In this document: positions 9,793 through 21,769 of the stretch, one piece after another
How positions within the stretch are numbered: position 1 is the first letter of the stretch
How the letters are laid out: the number at the start of each line of letters is the position of its first letter
DNA from: Selaginella moellendorffii
Lineage: Eukaryota; Plantae; Lycopodiophyta
DNA length: 64,000 nucleotides
Direction: 5' to 3'
NCBI RefSeq assembly: GCF_000143415.4
Contig: NW_003314266.1
Coordinates: 2,300,827-2,364,826, forward strand
Made by a program: the position numbers and the translations under genes
The notes under the pieces: generated by a model
The model's database searches: none
Seen by the model: only the letters and a program-made list of their open reading frames with translations
What the model was told of the DNA's origin: nothing

Positions 9793-12703
9793 TATTGAGG
9801 GAATATTCGTGATTTCCTCTTAGGTGTCGTGTCTGTTCGGTTTTTATTAGTCAATAAGAGAGACGCCCGGGCGTAGCACCAACAGCGGATGGCATTCCAG
9901 AGTACATTCGCGATTTCCTATCCCGAATATGGTATCGGAGCGATCACGTCCCACTGTGAAAAAGAAAGATGGCACCCCATCTTCCTTAACCTTGGAAGTG
10001 TACGATGGCAAAGATTTCCAGTCATGGAAACCTCAGATACTATTTTACTGAATGAAAAAGGATCTCTGTAGCGTGATCTAGAGCAGCCTCAAGCCAGAGG
10101 ACGATGCGGATGAGAAAAAGGAGTGGGACGCCAAGAACAACAAAGCTTTAGGGGTCCTGGGACGAGGCCTCGGAAAGAAATATCAGAGCTACCTTGACAT
10201 GACAAGATGGTGAAGGAAAACTGGGATGCTGTGTGTGTGATCCTTGGTACAACAACCAGAGCAAGATTGTTGGAACTCAAACTACAGCTGAACAGCCGTA
10301 AATAGGGGGAGACAAAATCCATAAGTGATTTTGCCAGTGCTCTTGTAGACATCGCCAAGCAGATCGATGCAGTTCAAATAAGGAGTTTGATGAAGATGAG
10401 CTGATCACAGCTTTCTTCAAGGGGCTTAGCGGACTAATGCAACTCGCAGGGTCGCATCATTTAAGTTCCAGTAACACTTTCAGCCAGATCGTAGCCAATC
10501 TCACAGCGTTGGAGGGTTTTCTCAAGTCAGGGCAAGCGAGCTTGAATGAGAAAGAATTGGCATTCTTCGCAGGAAAGGGGAAACGATCTGTCACAGTATG
10601 GGACAAACTAGGACCAACAAACGATCAGGGCGAGAGTAGCAAACCAGAAAAGTTCAAGAAGAAAAAGAAGAATGATCACTGTAACATTTGCAAGAAACCA
10701 GGGCACTAGGCACGAGATTGCACAGATGAAGAGGCAAAGAAAGCTAAGGAGGCGTGAAAAGCTGAGGCAAAGAGTGGCAGCAAGAAGGAACGAGTCGGCC
10801 AACTTTGCCAGGACAGCAGAAAGTAGTGAGGATGACAACTAGGAGGACGTGGACAACCATGGCAGCTTGTTCATGGCCACTAGTATCCAGCAGTTGCAAA
10901 GAACACTCTTGGCATAGAAGCAGAAGTGGTGTACCTTGATTCTGGGGCAAACAAACACATGACACACCTTAGGAAATTTTTCATCACGTTGAAGAAGGTT
11001 CCAGGAAATAAGTGAATTTTTCTTGGCGACTGACTACTCATACAAGGTGGAGGGTGTTGGGACGATCGACATCAAGCTGCCAACAAGACAGATTGCCAGC
11101 ATGAAGAATGTTTACTATGTTCATGGAGTGAACAAGACACTCTTCTCAATGAGAAAAATTGCTGATCGGTGATCTGGAGATCACATTCACAAAGAGGATG
11201 TGTGCAATCACAGATGTGAATGGAAAGAAAACAAGCCAGTCTCTATCAACTTAATGCCGAGGTGGTGCAGCCAGTAAAAGCTCTTTTTGCTAAATCGCCA
11301 CAGTTTTCTCTCACGGAACTAGCTGCGGGATGACTCGGAAGAAAGTGACAACGAATTTGCACGCGCAATCACACGAGGCAGAGCTGAAGGAGCCGGCGAG
11401 GAGAATGGAAACGGCGACCAGGATGATCCAGGAGGCAACGAGGACGGTGCAGAGAGCGTGGATGGTGCTGGAGGCGATCCAAATGGAGGTGAGGGCTTGC
11501 TCCCTGAAGCTGAAGGCTTGCCACTCGACACAGCAGGCGTTGGAACCAGTGGGAGTGCTAGGACAGCAAACCCAGTCGGCGGAGAGGAAGACCACGGTGG
11601 TGAGCACACTGTTGGCAGGACCAGGGCTAAAAATAGTGAGGGCAGTTTGAGACGTTCTGGCCGCGAGCGCGCAGTCACAGAGGCTGGGCGTCAATACAGG
11701 GAGCAGCTGGACATACAAGCAGCTAAGCGGGCTTCTTGGCAAGAAACCAAGGCTGCTAGAGACCGATCAGTGACAGTGCCAATTCCTGAGACCTCTTATG
11801 ATCGAGTCTTTTATTTTGCCAACTCTAGCATAGGGGAGCAAGGCGAGAACCAGCTTCTCCTCCTCTTCAGCCATGGCCGAGATGCACTTGTTCCGAAGAC
11901 CATGGAAGAAGCTCTTGCCAGACCTGATGCGGATCAGTGGCGCACTGCTCGTCAAGCTGAGTACAGCTCATTGATGGAGAACAAGACCTGGGATCTTGTG
12001 GAGCTGCCACCTGGGAGGAAGGTGATCAAGACCAAGTCCCTCTTGCGGCTCAAGACAGGACCTGATGGAGACAAGCGCTACAAAGTCAGATTTGTTGCGA
12101 GAGGATTCTCACAAGTCAAAGGAGTCGACTTCTATGAGACCTTTTCACCAGTGGTGAAGCTCGCATCAATTCGACTTCTCTACAACTTAGCAGCTCACGA
12201 AGACATGCCCGTTGAGTACATGGATGTGACGACGGCGTTCCTGAATGGCGACTTGGAGGAGGAAGTCTACATTGAGCAACCAGCCGGATTTATTGCCAAA
12301 GGACGAGAGCACTTGGTGTGCAAGCTCAAGAAGGCCCTCTATGGCCTGAAGCAATCGCCTCGTGCCTGGTACGCAAAGATGAACTCGTTTCTTCTTGCCC
12401 TTTGGCTTCGAGAGTCTCTCTGCAGACACTAATGTGTACATTAAGCAAGTGGGAGCTCTCCTGGTGCTGTTGACTTTGTACGTGGACGACTGCTTGCTCC
12501 TCAGCAAAAGCAAGAAGCTAATTCGAGAAAGATCTCAACTCGGAGTATTGAGGGAATATTCGTGATTCCCTCTTAGGTCAAGTTGACCCGTCGTGTCTGT
12601 TCAGTTCTTATTAGTCAATAAGAGAGACGCCCGGCAGGCCCCGGGTGTAGCGCCAGCAGCGGCTGGCATTCCAGAGTACATTTGTGATTTCCTATCCCGA
12701 ATA
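9793..12703 (+). mobile_element. Internally deleted, decayed Ty1/copia LTR retrotransposon
   Basis: LTRs at 9793-9929 and 12546-12703. PBS TGGTATCGGAGC at 9930-9941. Near-TSD AGTGA/GGTGA. Gag Zn knuckle CNICKKPGH, protease WYLDSGA, RT motifs (ENKTWDLVELP, DVTTAFLNG, LYGLKQSPRAW, LYVDD). Integrase and RNase H are missing; stops and frameshifts present. Confidence 0.92.
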
Positions 12704-12849
12704 GGTGAGACACCCAACCTCTCCATCACCTCCCTTTGCTGAGGTTTTGCGCCAGCTCCAGAGAGCTCCAGGCACGGACCTTGTCTCCTCCGGCAGTGAC
12801 TGATTCCAAAAACTTGCTGGTTTCCACCACACTCACTCGGTAGTGTCAG

Positions 12850-13850
12850 ATATATGGGAACTATTAGATGACCTGGCGCTTCCTAAAGGTAAGAAGTTTT
12901 CCAAGTGGCATTTTTTAGCTTTTGCCTTTCTTATATAAGGTCGGTTGGGGCTAGCGAAAGACAGGAGAGGGTGTTACCATGGGAGATAGAGCCATTTATT
13001 GCTCCCAATGTCCCCGGTTTCAACGAAGAGATTCAGGCCAACAATGCTCACAGACATAAGTACGTTTCGATACTCTCTACATGCACTTTTAATTCACGGT
13101 TGGTCTAGTCAGTCGAAAGTCATACAACAATCATCTTCGTCAGATCCTACAGGCCAACCGTAATTTCCAGACATCTCACAAGTACGAGGCTGACAAGAGG
13201 GAAAACTTTCTCCTGAAGTCTCCTACAGCTCTCTATTCTGGGGCTGAAGTAACTCCAAGATTGCCAAGCCCCGGAAAGGAGGGGCTACCATCTCATCATA
13301 AAGGCGATATGCACCAGCAGCAGCTTAGGCTTCACTTATCAGCAGGCAGCATTAAGTTGCCCAGTCTACTTGCAGCCTCAACATATAACAGACAACTCTT
13401 TTCTTAAGCTTCTCATGTGTCCTCTCTCAGTAAGTGAAATCCCGCGAGTGCAAACTATTTGGTTTCTCGTTGAAACCAAAGACAGCTTTGGCCAGCACCG
13501 CCAAAGACAACGTCGACAAGGATCTCGAGTTGGAAGCTTCCGGCTTCAGGAAGTGTTTTCCTGGCCAGAACTGGAACCAGCAGCAGCAACAACAGCAACC
13601 AAGCAGGACGTGCACCAAAGTAAGATCTCATTCTCTATTTGAAGCGCCCGACTTTGAATCTCTTCTACTTTTCAAAGGTTCACAAACACGGTGCAGTGGG
13701 ACGAGCTTTGGACTTGTCCAAGTTTCAGGGATACACGCAACTCCTGGAAGACCTGCAGCATCTGTTCGGCACTGACGAGAACCTGAACGTCCGAGTGGCA
13801 AGCCGTGTACGTAGATAAAGATCTCGTCATCTCGTCTATGCATTTCATGG
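12850..13850 (+). pseudogene. Truncated auxin response factor (ARF) fragment: end of dimerisation domain, middle region and PB1 (III/IV) domain
   Basis: YMGTI..[deletion]..WRFLK|VGW..ERQERVLPWEIEP, then CKLFGFSL, then RTCTK|VHKHGAVGRALDLSKFQGYTQLLEDLQHLFG..VYVDKD. No B3 DNA-binding domain is visible upstream, and the frame is disrupted. Confidence 0.8.
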
Positions 13851-14221
13851 TGTGTTTCTTTAAAGAGTTTTTACTAATGTCCTGCCTTTATAAAGTAGAA
13901 ATAGTTAGCTCAAGTTTAGGGTTCATGGATGCCTGGGGTCGCGACCCTTCCACTCTGCCCATTGATGAGCTCCAGGTCGCTTCGCCTCTCTCCACCCTCG
14001 CAAGATAAGTTCGTTTAGATAGGGCTTTTCCTTGCGTCGAGTAAGACACAGATTTTCTGGGGACAAGAAAGCGAAGCTGCTTGCAACGATATGATCAACG
14101 ATAAAAGAAAGGCTAGAGGCGATCGAGACTTCGTGTTGAAACTCTCACGTTTGAAGACGCCAGGTGTGCTATTTCTTTTCGATTGCAATGCAAAAGGGAG
14201 ACAGTGACACAGTCAAGCTAA

Positions 14222-14720
14222 GATGATATGTTGAAACAACTCAAACAAGCAAGTGCAAAACAACAGGCCAGGAACTCTCAAGAGGGAAAGTCGCCAATGT
14301 GGACAACGCTGTGTGAATACTAACGATCAACGATACCGTTGCCAGGTTCGCGTCTGTTCTAATTTCTTGTCATTAAGAAGCCAAGTGACATGTTGGTGCT
14401 GCTCAATGATGATAAGAACTGAAAACGCCATGTCACAGCATGCCCCAAGAAGAAGAGTGCTAAAATGATATGCTCGATCAAACAACTCAAACAGGCTAAG
14501 TGCAAAACAACGGTCTAAGGAACTCTCAATGTGAAGGGAAACTTGTGAATAACAAAACTAACGATCTTTGAAAGTTGATGATACTTACCTTCATGTTGTC
14601 AGGTTTGTGTGTCTTTCAATTTGTTCTAATTTCTTGTCATTTTTTTGAAAAACACAAGTGACGTGTTGGTGCTGCTCAACCACGATAAGAACGCTGTGTC
14701 CAAGAAGAAAAATGCTACGA
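14222..14720. repeat. Diverged tandem duplication, ~245-bp unit x2
   Basis: Blocks aaacaactcaaaca..aagtgcaaaacaac..ggaactctcaa..ttctaatttcttgtcatt..caagtgac(a/g)tgttggtgctgctcaa..gataagaac..ccaagaagaa recur at ~14230 and ~14480. Confidence 0.75.
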
Positions 14721-16224
14721 GATTGGAGAGATTTTGTGTCAACGTTTTGGAGAGATTATCAGCACTTTGAGTTATGTTGTTGCTGGGCTCAATGCAAGAC
14801 CTGCCAGCTGGGAAACAACGTTTGGCACCTGCAATCTTCAGAACTTCAATCCAGCTGAAGGCAACCTCAATGAAATCAACGATCATGAAAACTCCGAAGG
14901 CAAAGGAATGTGCATAGCGTGAATTTACAAAAAAAGACGCCTGAGAGTCAACTCATATCCTGTTTGTCTAACTAGGATGTTTGATGTTCAACGAAATGGA
15001 AGTTGAAGTTTAACAATGAGCTGTTTGTTCAACGAACTGGACAACACGCTTCAACCTTCCAGGTTTATGTTCTCTTTAGTGTTTCTCTAACTTTTTTTCG
15101 TTTTTGCAACGGTGCCATAGAACAACGTTCCAGGGCCAGCTTAGATGGAAGTTTACGCTTTGGCAGTGGCAAAACGAGATGATCTACACAAAGCCCTGTG
15201 GTTTCCTTGAAAAGAAATGAATACATTTACAAAGTTGCAAGCATATCGAGTAGTTATTACAAACAACACCAAAGTAGCTTGTGAGCTTCCCAGAGACGAG
15301 CGTCTGGGCGCTGTGGCACCTACCTCTTGTAGCTGGAAGACCTCGGGCTCGTCACTTCCAAAACTTCCAAGCCGATCCCCTCTCGCGTGAGCACGAGCAG
15401 CTTCGTGTCCTCCGTCCACGGCCGAGGAATTTCTTCCAGTCCAGTCGCTGCTGTTTTCATCCAGTCTTTGGTCCAGCCTTGCCACTAGCGTGCCTCTGGC
15501 TCCCTGGCCTTCGGGAGTAGACTCAAAAGCTCGAGCTCATCTCCGCTTTTCAGGTACTCGAGCTCGTGCCTTCAGGAGCATAACGTTTTCTGTTCGAAGT
15601 TGCAGTATCACGGGCAGTCTCGGTCTCCTTGGTGTACTGCTGGTTGGTTGTATCTCTCCACAAAACTCACAACCTTTTCCTGGATCGACTCAGGGACGCC
15701 GCCACCTTTGAGCCGAGACGCAAACGCGAGACTCTTTTCGTAGTCCCTAGAAAATGCTCCAGAACACCCGACGCCAGTTCGCCAGGATCCGGGACCGGAC
15801 TGCACACGGTTAGTTCTTCGTAGCCGAGCTTGCTCAGGTACACTTCCAGCGGAGCCAGTAGAGACTTGTATTGAGCTCTCACGCAGTCGAGGATTGCCTC
15901 AGCCGACAATGGTGAGAGAGCTAGAGCAAACGCGGTTCAAGACGAGGAAAGGGAGAGCTCCAGCACGTAGAAAACTGGCTGCAAAGTCGCAAAGCTGTTC
16001 CAGCCTGCGCGAGGAGTGTCTTGATCCTTATACCAAGCTTCCGGCGAAGTCGCAAGGTCGGAAGAAGGCCACTCGTACTGGCAGCGTTTGTCACCTCCGC
16101 TGTAGCGTCGTGGAGTGCTTTGTTAAAGACTGCTACGTAGTCTCCGGGCCTGGCTTTGGTTTCGTCCTGTGTTTAACGTAGACTAGAGCTTTTCTGCCAC
16201 CAGTGAAAAGCTCCTGCTCAATCC

Positions 16225-18650
16225 ATCTTTGACAAGAGACTCCATCTCCTGGAACGCGATCATCTCGGGGTATGTCCAGTGCGGCCATGGCGAGGAACCT
16301 CTGGAGCTCTTCGAGAGAATGCAGCGAGACGAGACGGTGGCACCGGTGGCTCAGACCTTCGTCATGAAGATCAAGGCTTGCCGGGCCTTCGGCTGGCTCG
16401 AAAAGGGACAAGAGAACCACAAACAGGCTTCCAGGAGCAAGGTCGAGCTGGATCTCTTTGTGGCAAACAGCCTTTTGGACATCTACGCTAGCTTTGAACT
16501 CGAGATTGATACAAAAGGCAGCGACTAGCAACTGCTGGCAACGACTGCTCATATTGTATATATGAAGCTATATATACACGGGCTGTGGCAACTGCCTAAT
16601 GCCACATCATCCTAACTGCCTAGCTAAGCATCTACCTGAGCATCTAATCTCAACACTCCCACTCAGGCGTGTCTACAAACTGAGACAAAGCCTGGACATA
16701 AGATGCTCAGCATGCATATAACTGACACTGACTCCCACTCAAAGTAACTATCTTGTTGTTGCTCTAGGGCTTGGTGCCTCTGCCACTCTTGGCTGCTTTG
16801 CCATCGCTGCTTTGGCTGTTGCTGCTCCTCTCTTGGAGCTCTTTTGCCGCTGCTGGGCTTCTCAGCCAACTCTGCCGCTGCTATCTGCCGCTGCTCACTT
16901 GGCTGCTGCTGCTCATCTCTTCGAGCATCTTGGCCGTTCTGCTTCTCGGCCTGCTGAGTCACTGCTCTGCTGCTCCTGGGCTTCTTGGCTGCTCTGCTGC
17001 TCCTCTCTTGGAGCATATCAGCATCTTCTGCCGCTCCAGGGCTTCTGAGTCACTATCTGCCACTCCTCGCTGCTGGTATGGCTCTGCCATTGCTTTGTTG
17101 CTGCGCTCTAAGCTACTCTGCTTCCGCCGTTGGCATCTGGAAGCATCCTTCACAGGTCCTCAAGATCTGTGCTCCGATACCATGATACAAAAGGCAGCGA
17201 CTAGCAACTGCTGGCAACGACTGCTCATATTGTATATATGAAGCTATATATACACGGGCTGTGGCAACTGCCTAATGCCACATCATCCTAACTGCCTAGC
17301 TAAGCATCTACCTGAGCATCTAATCTCAACAGAGATGTGGTCTCCTGGACGTGTGTGATCTCCGGCTACGCGCAGCTCGGCAATGGCGGGCCTGCGCTGC
17401 TTCTTCCGGATGTGTGACGAGAAGTTCTCGAGCCTACGTTGCCGTTTTCAAAGCTTGCATCGCTCTCGCGATCCAGGAGAAGGGCCGGCTCGTCAAAGGC
17501 AAGGTGGCGAGGAGCGTCGCACTCGAGCGAGCGAAAGCAGCCCGGACATCACCAGCTGGACGTGATCGCTTCTAACACCTTGATCGACTTGTACATCAAA
17601 TGTGGGAGCATGGCCGACGCTCACCAGTGGGATCGGCATTCTAAGCTAGGTGTCTGTGTAACTTCGTGCGAGCAGCTGTGGCGAAGCTAGGGCAAAAAAA
17701 CTACAAAGCGGCACTATAAAAAGAGAGAGGGAGAGCTATGTGGGAAGAAGAATAGAAAATTTCCTTCTAAGGCTTACTGTTTCCAATCAGTCAATCGTTC
17801 ACAATTTGAAGACAACCTATGGTGTGAACAGCGATCTTAATCGAGGGAGCCTACATTGTTCCAGGGAGCTTACAATTTCACGGCAGAGCAGGCTACAGGG
17901 ATGATTTGATCCAGGGTTTCAGGTTTTCGACAGAATGTGGTGTCTTGGACCGCGCTGATCCTCGGATACGCCGGAGGTGGCGATGGCGAGACAGCCCTCC
18001 AGCTCTTTCAAGTCATGAAGAACAGTGGCATCGCTCCAAACGCTCTGATCACGTACAGCTCCGTGCTGAGAGCTTGTGGGAGCGTTGCGGCAGTGGATAT
18101 CGGCAGGGCGATCATCCGAAAGGCGGGGCTGGAGCTTGAGCCGGCCTTCTCATCAGCCAGTCAAGTCCGGAAGCATGGGCGAGAGTGGTGTTTGATACAG
18201 CTCCGGTGAAAGATCTGGTAACTTGGCCGGGGGCGGTCGGTCGAGTGCTGGAAACCTTCCACGCCATGCGCAAGGCTCGAGTTCCTCCACACCTTCCTCT
18301 TCATTCTCACGGCTTGCAGCCATGCGGGGCTCGCCGAGAAAGGAAGAACTTACTTTCAGCTCATGGAGTCTCCGGAGTCTCCGGACGATGCGGTGGCGTG
18401 CGTTCTCATGGCGGGGATTTACTCCGCGGCAGGAATGCTGGCCGAGAGTTTGAAGGTGGAATCCATGAGAAGGCAGGCGAAAGCGTGCAAGAAACCCGGG
18501 CAGAGCTGCGAGGAGCAGCAAGAAGTTCGTGGCCGTGGACTGAGCCACGATATCTGGGACGAGGAAAAGGTGGCGGCGATTGGATGCGCACGCCAGTTTG
18601 CAAGGACTATCACAGCGCCACGGTCGTGCTGGAAGAGGGTGGTGACGTGA
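16225..18650 (+). pseudogene. Fragmented PPR (E/DYW-type) pseudogene interrupted by a TRIM
   Basis: RDSISWNAIISGYVQCG, NTLIDLYIKCGSMADA, VVSWTALILGYA, KACKKPGQS and VCKDYHSAT fragments occur in shifting frames. Confidence 0.8.
16507..17331 (-). mobile_element. TRIM-like non-autonomous LTR element (825 bp)
   Basis: Identical 149-bp TG..CA LTRs at 16507-16655 and 17183-17331. Perfect 5-bp TSD GAGAT. PBS TGGTATCGGAGC at 17182-17171 and PPT TGAGTGGGAG at 16665-16656, both on the minus strand. No gag/pol coding. Confidence 0.95.
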
Positions 18651-19003
18651 GCCGGTCTCATGTCTTTGGGAATGGCCGGTGTTCCTGTGGTGATTTCTGA
18701 AGCTTTTGTATCTAGAATTCATGGAGTTCACGGATGGATACACGCGTGGAAAACAGACTCGACCACTGCCAAACTTCCAAGAGCCAAGCGCTGCTTTGCC
18801 TCGATCCGCGTACCAAAACTCTCGAAAGATCCACGCCATCTCCAATAAAAATGGTGCATGAGAAGAGATTGAGCTAGAAGAAGCTCTGTGCAACCAAATC
18901 CCTCGTTAGATTGATAACCCTAAAACAAAGAACCCTAAAAACAGAGCAACTGCAAAAACCATCTTTGATCCATGACACGATTAGGTTTATAGAAAGGTGC
19001 GTC

Positions 19004-20242
19004 ATGATCTCCTTCCGCTTCAACGGCATCTACTACCTTCTCTACCGTGGCCAGCTTGAGGACGTTGGCGAGCGTCTCGTAGCGCTGCTCGCGGATCATC
19101 CAGATCCGGAAGAGTGGAGGCGGCTGCTCGACAAAGCCGTCTTCGTCCACGTGATCACACGTCTCCCTCACGCTCTCTCTTGCCCAGAAGACTTGTGGCG
19201 CCTGCTCAACAAGGACGTCTTCATCCAGGTAATCTGTGTGTGTCTTGGCCGTCGAGTCTAACTCTTCAAGTGTGTGGTAGACAGTGCCAAGGAAAAGAGA
19301 GAAGCGAGCATCAACCTTCGGACGAGATCATCGACGCAGCCCGCGACTACGTGCTTGCTGATGACCGGCGCAAACGATCATACCTGGAAGATATGGGGCG
19401 AGGGCAGTATGCCTACAATAGCGTGGATGCTGCTGTGATGGCGAGGATGGCTGCCATCCTCGAGGACCCCGTCCAGTTCCGGGACTTCATCCGGAACGAG
19501 GAGGGGAAAATAGGAGGAGGAAAAGGGTGGGCATTTCTGTGCCGGGACATCAAGTGCTACGAGCGACTTTGGTTTCGCTTGCTCGAGCTGGGCGTGTTTG
19601 TGTCGAATCAATATCCGGTGATGGAGCCGCCGCAGCACGATCTCTTCACGGAGTACATCTACATGGTCGACTTGGATTCCGGGACTTTCTCGGTCAGCGC
19701 CTGCCATGTTGTAAATTCGGGTACCTCCTGGAAGGTAAGCGTTTCTGGATTTCATGTCGGGAGCTTGTTCTTGTGTCTTTGTGTAGATGGGGAAGATCCC
19801 CAAGAACTGGTTTCGGCACCTCCTAGTTCCAGTGCCCTGGATCGAGCTAGCCATTGCGTACTCGCCCGCTGTTAAGAGGATCGTCCTGGAGAGGCTCAAC
19901 CGCAGTGAGAACTTTCTGTTTCGCATGGTGGTCGACAAGCTCAGCGCTCCATACCAGAGCTTCGACGAGTGTCTCAACATCCTGCAGCTCATCCAGAAGT
20001 TTTTGTTTGCCAAGGATAGTAATAATCTTTATGCCAAGGTTACTGTGAACCAGGTGCGTTCACTGTCAGCAGTTGATCAGTCTCAGGCGGTAAGAAACTC
20101 TCCTCTTGAAAGTGTTTTACACAGACTCTTTATTTTCTTACAGGTGCCACAAGAGGACAAGGATATTGAGGAAAATGATTTGGAGGAAGAGGGAAACCTT
20201 GCATTGCGCACGGTCTTAGAGGTCTTGCTTTTTAGGTCGTGA
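19004..20242 (+). CDS. Multi-exon protein of unknown function (boundaries approximate)
   Basis: GC-rich coding-like exons joined by short GT-AG introns (~19229, ~19735, ~20054): MISFRFNGIYYLLYRG..., DLFTEYIYMVDLDSGTFSVS, MGKIPKNWFRHLL. Confidence 0.55.
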
Positions 20243-21769
20243 AAAGTGTAATTTGATTCGTAAAATATTCTGTGATTTCTCTAATTTAGAGTTTTACACT
20301 TGTGTCCAGGCGAGCATATATTCTAAAATAATTTGTTGCAGGTTGCATGCAATAGCGCTTGGTTTGTTTAATTGTAGTGTCATTGAATAATCTAATTGAT
20401 CAATAATTATAAACATATTTAAATAAAAATTAATATTATTGCCATTAGATGGTAGAATAAATAATTTGCTGTGCATCTCTTGGTTTCTTTAATAGTAGTG
20501 TTATTTCTATTTACTACTCTAGTTGATCAAATAGAAGTTTATAATTATAGACATGTTTATAATTTATAAACATAAAATTAATCTTATTTAATATTAACCA
20601 TTAGATGGCAGAATAAAGTAGAATATACTAGGAAGTGTTTTAAATATTTTATAAATTATAAACATATTTATAAATTGTATATATAGGATTAATCTAAATG
20701 AATAACAACCGTTTAGAATATCCAAGCATATTTTAAGTATATTCACTACCACCCCCATAAGTTTGCTTAAAAAAATAAAAAATATTATACTAGAAAGTGT
20801 TTAGGAATGAAGATAAGATTAATCTAAATGAATAACAACAGTTAAATGGTAAAATATCCTAGAATATCCAAATATATTCTAGGTATATCCACTACCATCC
20901 CTAGAGAATAATATTTTCCAACTTCTAAATTATTGAGCCTCTCAATCACACACTCTCTTTTATTTCTCTTTCTTTGCAAAATTCTCACTCCATATAGAAA
21001 GGAATTCAAATTAGAATTTTTCTCAATCATAGAATATAGCTTCTAGTCAAGTTCTTGCATTTCCTTTTTCCATGGGGATTGTTATGATGTTTTCTAAAGT
21101 CTTAAGTATAACAAATTCAAAGATAAGCATCATAAGATTTTTAATTGATTGGAAAAGGGCTGCATTATTATTTATGACCCTTTCTTTCTATAATTAAACC
21201 TTCATAAATCATCTTTTGAATCATTCTCTTTAATTGTGAGTAAAACCATTAACAGATATGTGGAATAGTGTTATTTCAATATGAGAGCTGCTAACTAGGT
21301 TTTCCAGAATTTAGCAATTATCAACCATATTCTCATAGTCAATTTAATAGTTGCCAATGGCCAAAGTGGGCAAGCCACAACTCATTAAGAGGTGGTCAAT
21401 ATAGCTACATTGTGGGCAAAAGCTAGTCTTCCTCCATGTCTAGTCTCTACCCATGCAAAAAGCTGTTGCTTGGCATACATCTTGGAAAATATGCTATTCA
21501 CCATAATACATTTGTAGTTGGTTGGCAGCTAAGGATCACCAACTTTATGGAGCATCACAACATGGTTGAGTGTTAGGTGCTAGCTTTGACCACGTGGTTA
21601 ATGTCAGTCAAAAAGAGGCTCAAGGGTATAGAGTCAAGAATTTAACCTACCTATTGTAATAGAGCTTTTGAGGTAGCTCGGGGGTGGTTGGGTGGTGAGG
21701 AACTTTAGAGAAGGCATAGTATAATTTAGGAAGACTAAATCTTTGTCTTTTTGTGCCAGATCATAACAT

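Noticed and set aside
13545-13570. Possible tasiR-ARF-like target site (RKCFPGQ) in the ARF fragment
   Set aside because: The nucleotide match to the known site is too poor to support.
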